From NCBI RefSeq assembly GCF_000281045.1, contig NW_008246109.1, positions 412,558-476,557 of the forward strand: a stretch of 64,000 bases of DNA. Reading direction: 5' to 3'. The DNA comes from Saprolegnia diclina VS20 (lineage: Eukaryota). The notes below the pieces were generated by a model that did no database searches, had not been told where the DNA came from, and was given only the letters and a program-made list of their open reading frames with translations. Made by a program: the position numbers and the translations under genes. Shown here one piece after another: positions 46,032 through 57,784 of this stretch (position 1 is the first letter of the stretch; each line of letters starts with the position of its first letter).

Positions 46032-47071
46032 TGAGTGAATACGTACTCACGACTCAAAATTTCTTAATGTGAGTGCACTCACAACTCTGAGTGACTCGGA
46101 GCCGACTCAGAGCCTACTCAACGCTACAATGCTTGCGCTTCTTGGCCCGCTCATGCGTGGGAGCCACCGCCGCTGTACCAAGTGTTTTTGGCGTTGATGC
46201 CCGACTCGCTCTCATCGTTGTTGGCGTCGAGGTCGAAAAATTTGACGAGCGTCGCAGCAGCTTGCGAAGCAGACATTGTCGGTGGCCATGCTGAGAGCCG
46301 TCTTGCGGTTCACGATGAGTCTCGCCACGCACGCATGTACGCGCGCGATGACGTCGCGGTTGCCTTTTTCAAGGTAGCCATCCAAGGTTCCACTCTGCTT
46401 CCCGCCAACGTTGCTGGCCTTCTGGGTACTGTTGCTGGCCGGCTTCTGTGGAGCAGCCTTGCGCACGCTGGCCTTGGGGACGAGGGACGGATGTTTGTGC
46501 TTGAAATGGTGGAGCGCATTCGACGCCCTCCCCGCGTAGAGGGCGACGATACAGTCGCTAAACTTACTCTTGTTGCTCAGGCACACGCGGCATACGTAGT
46601 CGTAAACGGCGGCTTTGTCGTTCTCGCTTGGCACACGCTCGTACTCGCCGAAATGCTCCCAAATCCATGAGGTCCGGCCCTTGCGCGTGCGTTGGACGCG
46701 TTGGTGGTCGCCATGGAACACATTTGGTTGGGTCTTTGCTGAAGGCACACGCGTGCGTTCCATCCTCAGCCATTCGTACGTCCGACGATTGCCGTCGTGT
46801 GCACTCTGTAGACATTCGGCAATTAGAACTCTCAACTGTTGTGTCTGTGCCGCATCATGCAGTCCGGCAATGTCTTGCTTTTAATTCCGAATATTAAATG
46901 CGCCTTAAATAGGCTAAAATGCCACGCCATTCCGGGGTTCGAAGTGGATGACTCGACCCACTCACATGCACTCACTCAATGAGGTGCCTGAGTGAATAGC
47001 GATTCACTTCCAGTGAATCTACTCGTGTTTGTAGGAAACGCGACTCAACTGGTATTCACTCACCATCCAGC
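46001..47071 (-). mobile_element. Non-autonomous hAT-type DNA transposon (about 1.07 kb) with a BED-finger remnant
   Basis: Left TIR CAGGGATGGTGAGT (Ac-like CAGGGATG). Right TIR core ACTCACCATCC at 47058-47068. The 8-bp flanks are GGCTGGAC (45993-46000) and CGCTGGAC (47072-47079). Dense GAGTGA/TCACTC/GACTC subterminal repeats occur at both ends. Confidence 0.85.
46212..46763 (-). pseudogene. Truncated transposase N-terminus with a BED zinc finger
   Basis: SWIWEHF...YVCRVC...SNALHHFKHKH fits the BED consensus (W-x-HF, C-x2-C, H-x4-H). No DDE catalytic region follows. Confidence 0.8.
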
Positions 47072-47425
47072 CGCTGGACAAAAATGAAGCTTGCTCGAAG
47101 CGACGTTGTCGGCGCGTGGCAGGGCGCTTCAGCGAAGGTGACGTCGAGCTGCCGGTGAAAGTGGCTGCGCTGCGCCGAGCTTGGGATTGCCATGGCTGCC
47201 CGCCATTGTGCCACGAGCATCGGGACTTGGTCGCTTCCGGCTGCAACCTTGGAAATTTAAAAAAAGTGCGAAGGGATTGCATACAAACACCAAGTATCAT
47301 TTCGGTTGGTCATTAATATTAGCTCTGATCATTTTATTGTCACTAAGTTTGATAATTGTATGCCTATTTTTACTTTTCTAAAAATGCGTGCGTGGCATTC
47401 CGATTTTCACCAAGATCTGGCTGGC

Positions 47426-48325
47426 ATGGCATCGTCGCGGTCCCTGCCATCGATGGACGCGCGGCCACCTCTGGGCGCCAAGGTCGGCGAAGCGCACCGA
47501 CCGGCCATCGACATCATCGCCACGTACATGAACTCGTCGGACAACCGGCTCAACGCCAAGGCCGACAGCACGCGGTCCGTGCATGGCTCTGGTGATCTCA
47601 AGCGACCGTCGTCGCAAGCGCAGAGCCGCGACAGCAGCGCTGAGTGGGGCTGGTTTCACGACATCGACAGCAGCGTCGAGTCGATGGGCGACAACTCGAT
47701 GATGGGCATGCCCCGGCGGCGGTTCAGCGGCGGCGACTCTGGAGGCCACATCATTCACGACGAGCAGCAGAGCTTGAGCCGCATGACAGCGCTCAAGACG
47801 TTTCCAAACGATGGCAAGGTGCTCACGGCCGCTGTATCCATTCCCAAGTTCCGCATCGTACAGAACCGCGCCGGCGCCGACCGCCACGCCGAGTACCTCG
47901 TGACGTTCAAGCTCGGGCGCGAGTACCACACTGACTGGCGGCGCTACTCGGAGTTTGAAGGTATCGTCAAGAAGCTCGACATGGGGCTGTACCCGCGGGC
48001 GAGCGTCGCGTGGCGCGCCGTTGACAACCGCTGGTTCAACCGGCTCGAGCCGAGCTATCTGCACAAAAAGTGCATTGCGCTCGAGGTGTTTCTTCGGGAC
48101 CTCATGTACGAGCTCCTCGAGCCCGACGTCTTTATCGACTTCCTCGGCAGTCGCGTCAACTCGCGCCCGTCCGACGCCTCAGCCGAGCGCGCCGCCGCCC
48201 AGCTGCCCAAGGAGCTACGTCCGCCCCAGCCCCAGGAAGAGCGCGAGCTCTTTGAGAAGCTCTGGGCCGAAAACTTCAAGCGGTCGGCCGTCAACTACAC
48301 AGAACCAGTCGTCGCCGACGGCTGA
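47426..48325 (+). CDS. PX (phox homology) domain protein
   Basis: IPKFRIV...HAEYLVTFKLG...WRRYSEF...LEVFLRDL...FIDFL. Intronless. The start could be ATG 47384. Confidence 0.8.
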   Translation: MASSRSLPSMDARPPLGAKVGEAHRPAIDIIATYMNSSDNRLNAKADSTRSVHGSGDLKRPSSQAQSRDSSAEWGWFHDIDSSVESMGDNSMMGMPRRRFSGGDSGGHIIHDEQQSLSRMTALKTFPNDGKVLTAAVSIPKFRIVQNRAGADRHAEYLVTFKLGREYHTDWRRYSEFEGIVKKLDMGLYPRASVAWRAVDNRWFNRLEPSYLHKKCIALEVFLRDLMYELLEPDVFIDFLGSRVNSRPSDASAERAAAQLPKELRPPQPQEERELFEKLWAENFKRSAVNYTEPVVADG

Positions 48326-49004
48326 CTTATTTACACATAACACTATTACGAGTGCAGCTATAACTCGCAACGTTGTCCCACGCCCATGGCCTTGACAGGC
48401 ACCCAGTAGCACGCACCTGCGCGGCAAGTAGCCACCATCCCCGAGCCTCCTCGGGCCGCAAAGCTCCGGCAAAATACTTCAGTGTGAATGCACATATACA
48501 ACAGCAAAGGCGCGTGCTGCAGCTGCTAGCGTCTCGGCTTGGTCAGCTGCTGGCCATTGCTCATCCTAGGAAGCGGTCGCCACCCTGGCGTCAAGGTCGC
48601 GCTGCTGAATTGTGCTGCTGATCGTGGCTGTTTGCACCCAAGGACCCGAGCGGGGTTACTCACGGCCAAGGTGTCAAGCGGCCCACTCTACCTCCGCCCA
48701 CGTGGAAGCCGCGTCCACATCAAGGCGGAGCCACATCGTGCCACATCACGGCGATGCGATCTTTGCGCGTCCGCAGCTTCCGCAGCTGGTTCGGCGCCAA
48801 AGAACTGCAAGGCCATTGGTCAAAACACTTGGCGTTTTTCTGATTGGTCGTTCTAAAATAGCACGACCACCCATCTTTAATAGAAAAGATTCAATTCGAT
48901 TGTAATCTATCTATGAAGGAAGACGAAATACGAATAAAAATCCTTTTTATTCATGACCGACCGCCGTTTGCAGGTCACGACGCGCCAGTTTGGATTTGGC
49001 GGCG

Positions 49005-49343
49005 ATGACGGCAACGTGGTGTCTCCGCATGATGGTGCTCAGCGCGCTCGTGGCGGTCGCCGCTGCCGACAACCGGTACGAGGCTGACGGCACGCCGTCG
49101 ATGCAGCTCGTCGTTCTTGGCCTGCCTGTCTGGGCGTGGATCCTCATCGGCTGCGTCCTCTTGGCCGGCGCCGGCTACGGCCTCTATCGCCACCTCGAGA
49201 AGAAGATGGCAGCGGAAGACGCTGCGCTTCCTATCGTCTATATTGAAGCCAAGACGACAAAGGCCTCGCCGGCCATCGTGCTCACCGACGCCGCATCCGT
49301 CGCGCTCGCGCAGCCTGCGCCGCCGCCCCACGTCGTCGTCTAA
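49005..49343 (+). CDS. Small single-pass membrane protein lacking the Cys ectodomain
   Basis: Signal-like N-terminus, a short ectodomain, and TM LPVWAWILIGCVLL resembling the PYWAWILIG TM start of member E. Confidence 0.6.
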   Translation: MTATWCLRMMVLSALVAVAAADNRYEADGTPSMQLVVLGLPVWAWILIGCVLLAGAGYGLYRHLEKKMAAEDAALPIVYIEAKTTKASPAIVLTDAASVALAQPAPPPHVVV

Positions 49344-49577
49344 GCATCCAACACGACTCTATTTATGCTCATGTTGTCGGGCAGCGCTATCGTCACAGTG
49401 CTCTCCTGCAGGCAACGCTACTGGCTCATGTACCTGCTTCTTGTCCTCGGTCATGGACAGGCCAGCGAATCCGCACCAACTCATGCAGATCAACATCGCA
49501 GCGCATGCTAAGCAGCATGACATGTAAATATTATCCATTAGCTCGGACGGTACGCTACGCATCTTCCTCATGTGGCA

Positions 49578-50267
49578 TTAGGCCTTGATGGGCCCTGCGA
49601 TCGAGACAAAGTCGTCAAAGGTCTCGTGCTTGGCGGAAGGCCGCGGCGGAACCTGTCGGCGCGCGACGTCAAGTGCTGCTAGCAGGAGACGCGACTGTGC
49701 GCCATCGAGAGGTGTGAGCCGGGGCAGCGACTTGCGTATCTGTAGGCTTGCGCTGTCAAGAACCCCGCGCGCTGTGTCGTGAAGCTCTTCGGCAGTCCAG
49801 CGGGCAGCCATGGCCAACGCGCGGGCGGCGCGGATGCGGTGGCGGTCGTGCAGCGTCGGTGACGTGAGCACTTGGTCATCCGGAACGATCTCAGGGCGCT
49901 GGACGACGACAAGCGACCGCATCGAGCGCCTGCCGCCTGTCCGGAGAATCGTATATTCGACATGGACGTCGAGAAGCAGCTGCAGAAGCTTCTCGGAGGC
50001 CGCCGGGAGCACCTCGACCTTGAGGAGGACGTCGACGTCGTCGCCGGTTGAGATGGTGGCGATGCGCACGCGGTACTCGGAGTAAGCGTAGATCGTGTCG
50101 TAGTCGTGCATGGTCTCCATCTCGATCCAAACGCTGGGCCCTCCTTCACACTGGAGCCGGACGTCCGCGACCGCTTCGATCGCGTGCATGTGGCAGTTGA
50201 CGAAGACGACGCCGTCGGCGTCCGCGGCAACGTGCGCCTGCGACGGGTACGCTCGTAGTTGCAGCAT
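49578..50267 (-). CDS. Hypothetical protein resembling the regions that flank a vWA domain in vWA/Vwaint-type proteins
   Basis: Ig-like beta segment (VADVRL...DVDVLLKVEV...LLDVHVEY...VVQRP), then helical RHRIRAARALAMAA...ARGVL. No MIDAS DxSxS motif. Confidence 0.5.
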   Translation of the reverse strand: MLQLRAYPSQAHVAADADGVVFVNCHMHAIEAVADVRLQCEGGPSVWIEMETMHDYDTIYAYSEYRVRIATISTGDDVDVLLKVEVLPAASEKLLQLLLDVHVEYTILRTGGRRSMRSLVVVQRPEIVPDDQVLTSPTLHDRHRIRAARALAMAARWTAEELHDTARGVLDSASLQIRKSLPRLTPLDGAQSRLLLAALDVARRQVPPRPSAKHETFDDFVSIAGPIKA

Positions 50268-51182
50268 GAATATGAATATGGTTCCGAGAGAAAACGCTGA
50301 GTGCTGGACGAGCACCATCACTCACGTTACCAGCGCTCCTCGAGAGGTAGACTTGAGCGATGGTGCGGTACTAGTACCGTAGCTATAAGCTCCAGTGCAT
50401 TAATTGGGACCCTTTGGCGCAGAGAGGCCAGCCGGATGTCCCCATCAGACACGTTGTGGGAGGTGCATGGCGGCAACACTTGGTATTTAGTTTAGTGTGA
50501 GGTACTTTCCACTGGTCGATTCGCCCATTTCGGAAATCTAGGTAAGCTTACTTGATTTGTGGGCCTCTGGCGGATCGGAATCTGTTGTAACATTTCCAGC
50601 GGCCAAGTCTGGGACAACCGAAACAGCTCAATACCACCTTTCAACAAGTGTAGTTCGGTGTTGTGGCCATAGAGCGATCCACTGTGGACATATTTCCCAG
50701 CAATGACAATAACACTATTTTTGTATACTCTTCGCGTTTCAATAGCTGCTCTATCGCAAGAGAAATCTCGTCGTGAAAATACACATTTCTCGTGGTGTCA
50801 ACATTTAAAACGCGGATATCTCGAGCTCCAGGTCTCGAACGAAGGCGCTACAGCGCATTTCGTCATCTCCAAAACATACTGTGCCGACCTGCCAAGTTTC
50901 AGTCATCTCGATTTCAAAGTCGATCTGGCCTCCTCGCGGCCTCGCGATCGTCGCGCTGCGCCATCGCTCACTGATACTTGTCGCGGATTGGCTCAAAATA
51001 CATGATATATGGCCAATCCAATCGGTCGTTCGAGTATCAATCCATCATACCAGGGGTTTAAAACAGCTCAGTTTTTCACGTATCCCATTGGCTGAAATAG
51101 GAAAGAAACATCGCGGGTGCGCTTTTCCGAAAATCCCGGTGCGGCTTTCGTCCGATTGGTTCAAGTCCAATCCAGCATTGGG

Positions 51183-53061
51183 ATGGAGTCCAGCAACCCA
51201 GCTCTTCTGGCCGCGCTTCCTGCCGACGGCGCCGTCGCCCAAGCGCTCTTCATGGCCCATGGCACTGGGCTATGCGTCCGCTGCTGCATGCGCTTCGCCG
51301 GCGTCAGCGACGAGAAGCTCTACCGGTACGAGCGCCCATCGCTGTCCTCGCTGACAAATCTCTCTCTGCCAGGCGTCCCACCGCCGAGCTTGCAGCCACG
51401 TGGGCAGCCTATGCGGCGCAGCATGCGCAAGTCGACCTTGCCGCTTCCGAAGACGCGGCCAACTGCACGGTCTGCCTCAACATCTTTGAAGGCCTTTTGT
51501 CGCCGGAAGGCCTGGCGATGGTCGAGGCCAGCGTCCGCGACAGCGGCTACACGACGACAACGTTCCTCATTGCCATCAAGATCCCGAGCTCGGTGCTCAT
51601 CCGCCAGCATGCGCTTCTGCAGTACCTCAAGACGAAGCTCCACCCTGTCGACTTGAAGGAAGTGCTCAAGGTATCATCTCTCCATGCGCTCGATACCTCG
51701 ATTGACGACAAATGCGACTAGTGGTGCATTACGCCCGTCTTTGCGTCCTTCTTGGGCGACGCGACGTACGACGCATCGAGCGATCTCACGGTGAACCTGC
51801 AGTTTGGCCACCCGCTCTCGGAAGCCGAGGCGATGCAGCTGCCGTCGCTCCGCGTCCGTCACCGCCATTCCACGTCCTATCCTCATAAGACGGTATACTG
51901 TAGGACACGATCATGCAAAACAAGAAGCGCAAGCTCGAGATCGACGGCTTTGGCGCCGTCTCCCGCGCGCTCTACAACCTCCACGTGCTGCCGGCGGGCG
52001 TCCCGAGCCCGCCGACTCGCACCCAGTCGGCTGCGTCCATCACGGTCTCGGTCGAGCGGGCGCCAGTCTACGTCGCGGGTCGGTACCTCAAGTTTATGCG
52101 CGGTCTGAGCCAAACGCCCTGGTATGTCCCATCTTGTCCATGTCTTGGTCACTCAGATATGGATGTAGGGTCCTCGATGGCGAGCGTATGGGCGACTCGT
52201 CGGTCGAAGAGGCGATTGGCGAAATCATTGCGCCCATGTTTGGCACCAAGTCGTACAAGTTCCACACTGCCGGTCGCGAAGACGTGGACGTGCGCATGCT
52301 CGGGAACGGTCGGCCGTTCATCCTCGAGCTCCTCGGTACTACTTGCGTCCTTGCTGAGTCGATCTTATTTTTTTTATGGTTCTAGACGCCAAGGTGGCGA
52401 CGCTGGCGGCCGATATGTACGCTACGGCCCAGGACCAAGTCAACGCTGCCAACGTCGACATTGTCGAGATCCGCGAACTCACGTCGGCGACTAAGGTGCG
52501 CCGTCCTGATGATACCGCATCTGGTAGCATAAGTATTTAGGAGGGCTTTGCCGCGCTGCAGTCGGGCGCCGACTCGAAGCGCAAGACGTACTGGTACGCA
52601 TTCTATCTACTGTCGCCCACGGTAATCTCATAGTAAGCGAGTAGCTGCGTTGTCTGGACGTCCGGCGTGCTCACGCCCGAGCGCGTCGCGCTTCTCAACG
52701 GAATTTCCGACTTGCGCGTCGGCCAGAAGACGCCCGTGCGCGTGCTCCACCGACGCACGCTCCTGACGCGCCCCAAGGTCATCCACGACGCCAGCGTCGA
52801 GGTTCTGAACGACCACTACATGCTCCTCCGCCTCACCACGTCCGCGGGCACGTACGTCAAGGAGTTTGTGCACGGCGACCTCGGCCGCACGCACCCCAAC
52901 GTCGCCTCGCTCCTCGTACCTCCGATGATGCAATAAGATCTGATTGGCTCATCACACAATGGTACTAGGGCTGCGACGCGGACATTTTGCAACTGGACGT
53001 GGAAAACCTCATTGACGGCCAGCCTGGTGACGACGCCGACGTCGACATGGACGACGAATAG
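51183..53061 (+). CDS. PUS10: tRNA pseudouridine synthase Pus10 (multi-exon)
   Basis: N-terminal CVRCCMRF and CTVC, YVAGRYLKFMRGLSQTPW, catalytic GREDVDVRMLG.GRPF, QKTPVRVLHRR and AGTYVKEFVHGDLGRT.P. Confidence 0.95.
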
Positions 53062-53083
53062 ATGGCTTTATACTATCAATCTA

Positions 53084-56000
53084 TCAAGGCTGTGCATCGA
53101 GTGGCGCCAAACTTGCGTACTGGGCTTCGTCCCAGAGATCCCCAATCTCTTCCAGAAGGGACTCGAGCCCCTTGGCGCGCTTCTTGACCTTTGGCTCGGA
53201 TGGTCTCTCGGTCGGTGGCGGCGCGAGAAGGCTCGTTGCCGTCGGGTTGCCGACGACGGCGGCCGCCATCGCCTCCTTGAAGCGCTGGCACGACATGACG
53301 TCGGCCTCGACCGTGTCCTTGGCCAGCAGTCGGTACACGGTGACCGTCCGCGTCTGTCCGAGGCGGTGCGCGCGGTCCATGGCTTGCAGGTCCGTGAACG
53401 GGTTCCACGAGTGCTCGAGGAAGAAGACCGTGTCGGCGCCCGTGAGCGTGAGGCCGAGACCGCCCACGGCTGTCGTCAGCAATAGCGCGTGGACGCTCGC
53501 GTCCGTATTGAAGCGATCGACGATCGCTTGGCTACAAAAATCTCCACACGTCAACCACTGCAACGAGGGATATGGAGCGTACCGCTGGGGCACCGGCACA
53601 CTGCCGTCGAGCCGGTCGACGCCAATCTCGGCGCAGTTGGCCGAGAGCATGTCGGCAACTAGGTCGACGGTCGCCTGCAGGTGGCAGAAAATGAGGAACC
53701 GGTGGCCGTCGCCGACGTGCGTCTCGAGGAGGTCTTTGAGCGCGAGGAACTTGCCCGAGAGCTCGATGCTTGTGTCGCCGCCGTGGAGCAGCGCCGGGTG
53801 CACGCAGAGCTTTTGCAGTTGGCTAAGCTGCTGGAGGCTGTGCGTGCTGCGGTTGGCGCAGGCGTCGTACAGCGCTTTTTGGGCCTCGGGCAGGTCACAG
53901 AGTACGTCCTGAATGATTTTCGGAGGCAGCTCTGTGAGCACGTGCTCCTTCGTGCGTCGTAAAATGAACGGCTGCACGCGCGCATGGAGCTGCGTGAGCG
54001 CGAGCGCGCCGGCCTCCTACGCGCCTTGAGAATGCCTGCTGCATTGTCTTCTTACCTTTTGGGCGTTGGTGGCCGACTCTTTGCGCGACGCTTGGATCGG
54101 CAGCAGCGTCGCCTGGCGAAACTCGGGCCAGAGACCGAGGTACCCCGGCAAGACAAACTCAAAGAGCGACCAGACGTCGACGACGGTGTTCTGAAGCGGT
54201 GTGCCCGTCACTGCAATGCGGTGCGTCGCTCGAACGCTCCGGAGCGCCTCGGCCGTCTGGCTCGTCGGGTTCCGGATGACGTGCGCTTCGTCCGCCACGC
54301 AGTAGTCGAACGACGTGGTTTGATACAGCTCCATGTCGCGCTGGAGACACGTGTACGTGGTGAGCACGATGACGTTGTCTCGCCACTCGCCGCGCTTCAA
54401 ATACGGTGTGGCCAGCGCTCTTCGCGCCGCGCTCGACCCTGTGAGCACGACAACGACCGGGTCGTGGAAGAGCCGACGCGCCTCCCGCTTCCAGTGTTCG
54501 AGGATCGCCGGCGGCGCCACGATGAGCAGCCGCAGAGACCGACGCTGCATCACGACAGCGATGGACGCGAGGACCTGCAGCGTCTTGCCGAGTCCCATGT
54601 CGTCGGCCAGCACCGCGTGGAGACCGTGCGTCGCCAGAAAGGCCAGCCATTGAATACCGTGGACCTGGTACGACCGCCACACGAGGCCGTGCAGCGTCGG
54701 CAGTACGCACTCGGGCGGTGTGCCACGCGCCAACTGCTGCAAAAACACTGCCGACGGGTCCGACGACGACGACGGGAGGAGCGCGAGGAGCGGAATGAGC
54801 TGCGCCAAGACGCTGGCAGCTTCGCGCGACGCGCGGTTGCACAAGATGCGCAGGGCCGTCGCCACCATCCGCGCCAAGTACGGTACCACCTGCGTCGGCG
54901 TTGCCGCGAGCGCCACGATGAGCGCGAGTGCGGCGTCCGGCGAATCGGGCTGCAGCACAGCATCGAGGACTTGGTCGTGGACGTCAGTGGCGAGCACGGC
55001 CGCTACTAGCGCGTGCGTGTCTGCCGCCCAGCTGCCGGTGGTGGCCCACGCACACAGAATAGGTCGCAGCTGCGGCGACGTGCGACCCGCGACGGCCAGC
55101 AGCCGGCAGAGTCCTTGAAGCTGCTTGTCGCTGCTTGGTGGCGTCACCAGCTCCCGCTCGATCCGGGCGCGCAAGAGCTCCGGAACCATCGGCACGAGGT
55201 GGGAGAGCGCAAGGCGGGCGCCGTCAACGCGAACGTCCAGTGGCGCTGTCGACGTCGACGGCCCCAGCGTCACGACGTAGGTTGGCGCCGGGTCGACGGC
55301 GACAACAGAGTTGCAGAGATTGTTAACGAGCTTGGTGACGCAGGCGGCGTGCGACGACGCATGGCTCGAGGCAAAGGCGGCGAGCGACATGGCGACGACC
55401 GGTGTGACAACCCGCGACGGCTCTTCCTTGAGCGACTGCATCCACGGACGGACGAGGAGGCCGGGCTTGGACCACTGACGCGACACAAAGACGGCGGACG
55501 CTGCGGCTGCAGCAATGCGTCGGGCGAGTGTCTCGAAGCTCGTTCGGAGCTTATCCTCGAGAGCAAAGATGTCCTGGCGGAGGTACTGGGCGGTGGTGTA
55601 CGGCTCGGGCGTCGACAGCGATGCGTACGGAAGATTGCTGACGGTCGCCGCCAGCGCCAGCACGCGGGCCACCGTCCACGATGACGCGTCATCTTCCGTT
55701 TTCACCGGCGAGGCAAAGTGCGAATGGAGTCGGATGACGAGCTTGCGGAGCTTTTGGAGGTCGGGCATTTGCTCGGCGTAGAGACTTGTGCGCGGCTGCG
55801 TCAAGCTCTGAAGCGCCAAGGCACTGCACGCGGCGGACATACACGTCCATTTCTCAAGGACCCAGAGACCGCAGAGGACGTGAGTGCCCGTGTCGCTCTC
55901 CAAGAGCGCTTGGAGCTCGGACGCGCACGTCGTCATACTTGGCGGCAGCGCGTTCAAAACGTCACCAATCGCAGTGCAGAGAACGAGCGTGGTGGCGAGT

Positions 56001-57784
56001 GATACCCGTCGGGCTGTGATCGGCGCGTTGATCGGTGCAGCGACCTGCGGGAGGGGCCACACGGAGACGTCGACGTGCGAGAGCGTTCTGAGCCAAAGAG
56101 AAAGCGTCAAGCCCCACGTAGCATCGACGCGCTTGCCGTGGGCGCGCCACAGCTGCTGCCAGAGACTACTGACACTGTCGCTAAGCGCACTGTCGTTGGA
56201 CTCGTCGGCGCTGAGCCAGATGAACCAGCACCAGTGCGCAATCGAGAGGACGAGCGGCGGGGAGAGCGGTGTCGTGGCTGCAGCCGTGAGCCACGCCACG
56301 CTGGACGTTCGCACAAACGCCGCCGAGTGCCGGAGGTACGTCAGCACCACGTATACGTGTGAGGCCGACCCACGTATGTCATGAGCGAGCAAGCACCGGA
56401 GCACATGCCCCGGGGCAACGTCGACGAGCGAGGTCTGCTTGGCCTCCAATAACGCCCAGAGCCGATGGGTGCACCGGTGGACGCTCGACGCCGCTTCGGA
56501 GCGTGCGAGCACTTGCGCTGCGGCCGAGTGCACTTCTTCTTCCGACCGCGCACCGAGGCAGTCAACGACAGCGTCCAGAACCTCGGTGGGCAGCGCGACC
56601 TTGCAGTAGTGCAGCGCCAAGAGGCCCCCGTGGGCGGCGTGCCATGAAGATGCGCGCAGGTACGGCACCGCATGGCCAATGTGCTGCGGCGCTGCGTCGA
56701 GAAGCTTGGCGGCGACCTGCGCTACAAGTTCGCGCACCGGTGCGACCGACCCATCGGAGGCGTAGTCGACCCAAGCCTCGAGCGCCAGCACGCTCAGTCC
56801 GCGCACGAGCACCTCGTCAAACCACGCGTGCGAACTTGGCACGCGCGCGTGCGAAAACACATCGCGAAGCACGTGAGCAGCGCCGTGCCGGACTTCCCAG
56901 CGCGCGTCAAAGATGGCTTCGAGGCAGTCGAGCAGTAGCAGCGGAAAGCTCGCGAAGCTCGCGTTCGCGCGGCTGTCGGCGGCGACGTCCGTCCGAAAGA
57001 GGTGCGTCACTGGCGCGAGGCGAATGACGCGCATCGCGTCACTTGGCAGCAAATCGGCGTCCGCGACCACGCGGTCCGTGTTGGCGCGCGTACCTATCGC
57101 GTCGTGAGCATCACCGGCGTGCTGACGCGCCTACTCTGGAGGGCTATTGGTGGCGCGTCGACGGTGATCGACCGGCTCAGACGGCCCCAGAGCCGGCGTC
57201 GCTGCAGCGCCAAATGGGCTTGCTGCGACGCGACCGAGTCAAAATTCACTTGGTAATCGTATTCCTAGCACGATTGAGCACTGGGCCAGGTCCGGGACGA
57301 TACCTCGCCGCCGCTCTTGAGTAGCGGCGCAGCGTTGGCCAAGAGGTGCTCGACATCCAGCTCTTCGAGGCGCAGAAGGCTCTCTCTTTGGGCTACGCAC
57401 ACATGTGATACTGTAGCAGGCAGAAGCGCATCTACCAATCTCGGCGCATGTGGCGAGCGCGACGGGCTGGACCCAGGGCAGCGCATGGATGCTGCCGACC
57501 GTACGCGCCGCGGCCACGCGCGTGTCCCACTCGTCGTCGCGGAGGAGCGGGCGCAGCTACAGGCAAAGCGTAGGAGCTGCATGTCGTCGGGCACTCGCAC
57601 CTTCTGGACGAGCCAGGGCAGGTTGGTGGCCGTAGTGAGGCGCGCGATCTCGTCGCTAGCGTGGGCGCGGATCGGCATGGAGCAGCCATCTACGGCAGCC
57701 GGCGTGAGCGCAGGAACCGCAAGCCTCGTCCGTCGGTCGACCTGTCAGCAGCGTAAGGAGGCCCTCGAGGCGCGCTTCCTCCAT
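53084..57784 (-). CDS. BTAF1: TBP-associated SNF2 ATPase Mot1/BTAF1 (multi-exon)
   Basis: N-terminal RLEGLLTLL, WEVRHGAA and APVRE HEAT region. Helicase motifs LADDMGLGKTLQ, DEAH, LTTAVGGLGLTLTGADTV and DLQAMDRAHRLGQ. C-terminal LWDEAQY. Confidence 0.93.

Noticed and set aside
1518..57070. Many long antisense or alternative-frame ORFs overlapping real genes
   Set aside because: These are expected shadows of high-GC3 coding sequence, giving Arg/Ala-rich products without motifs.
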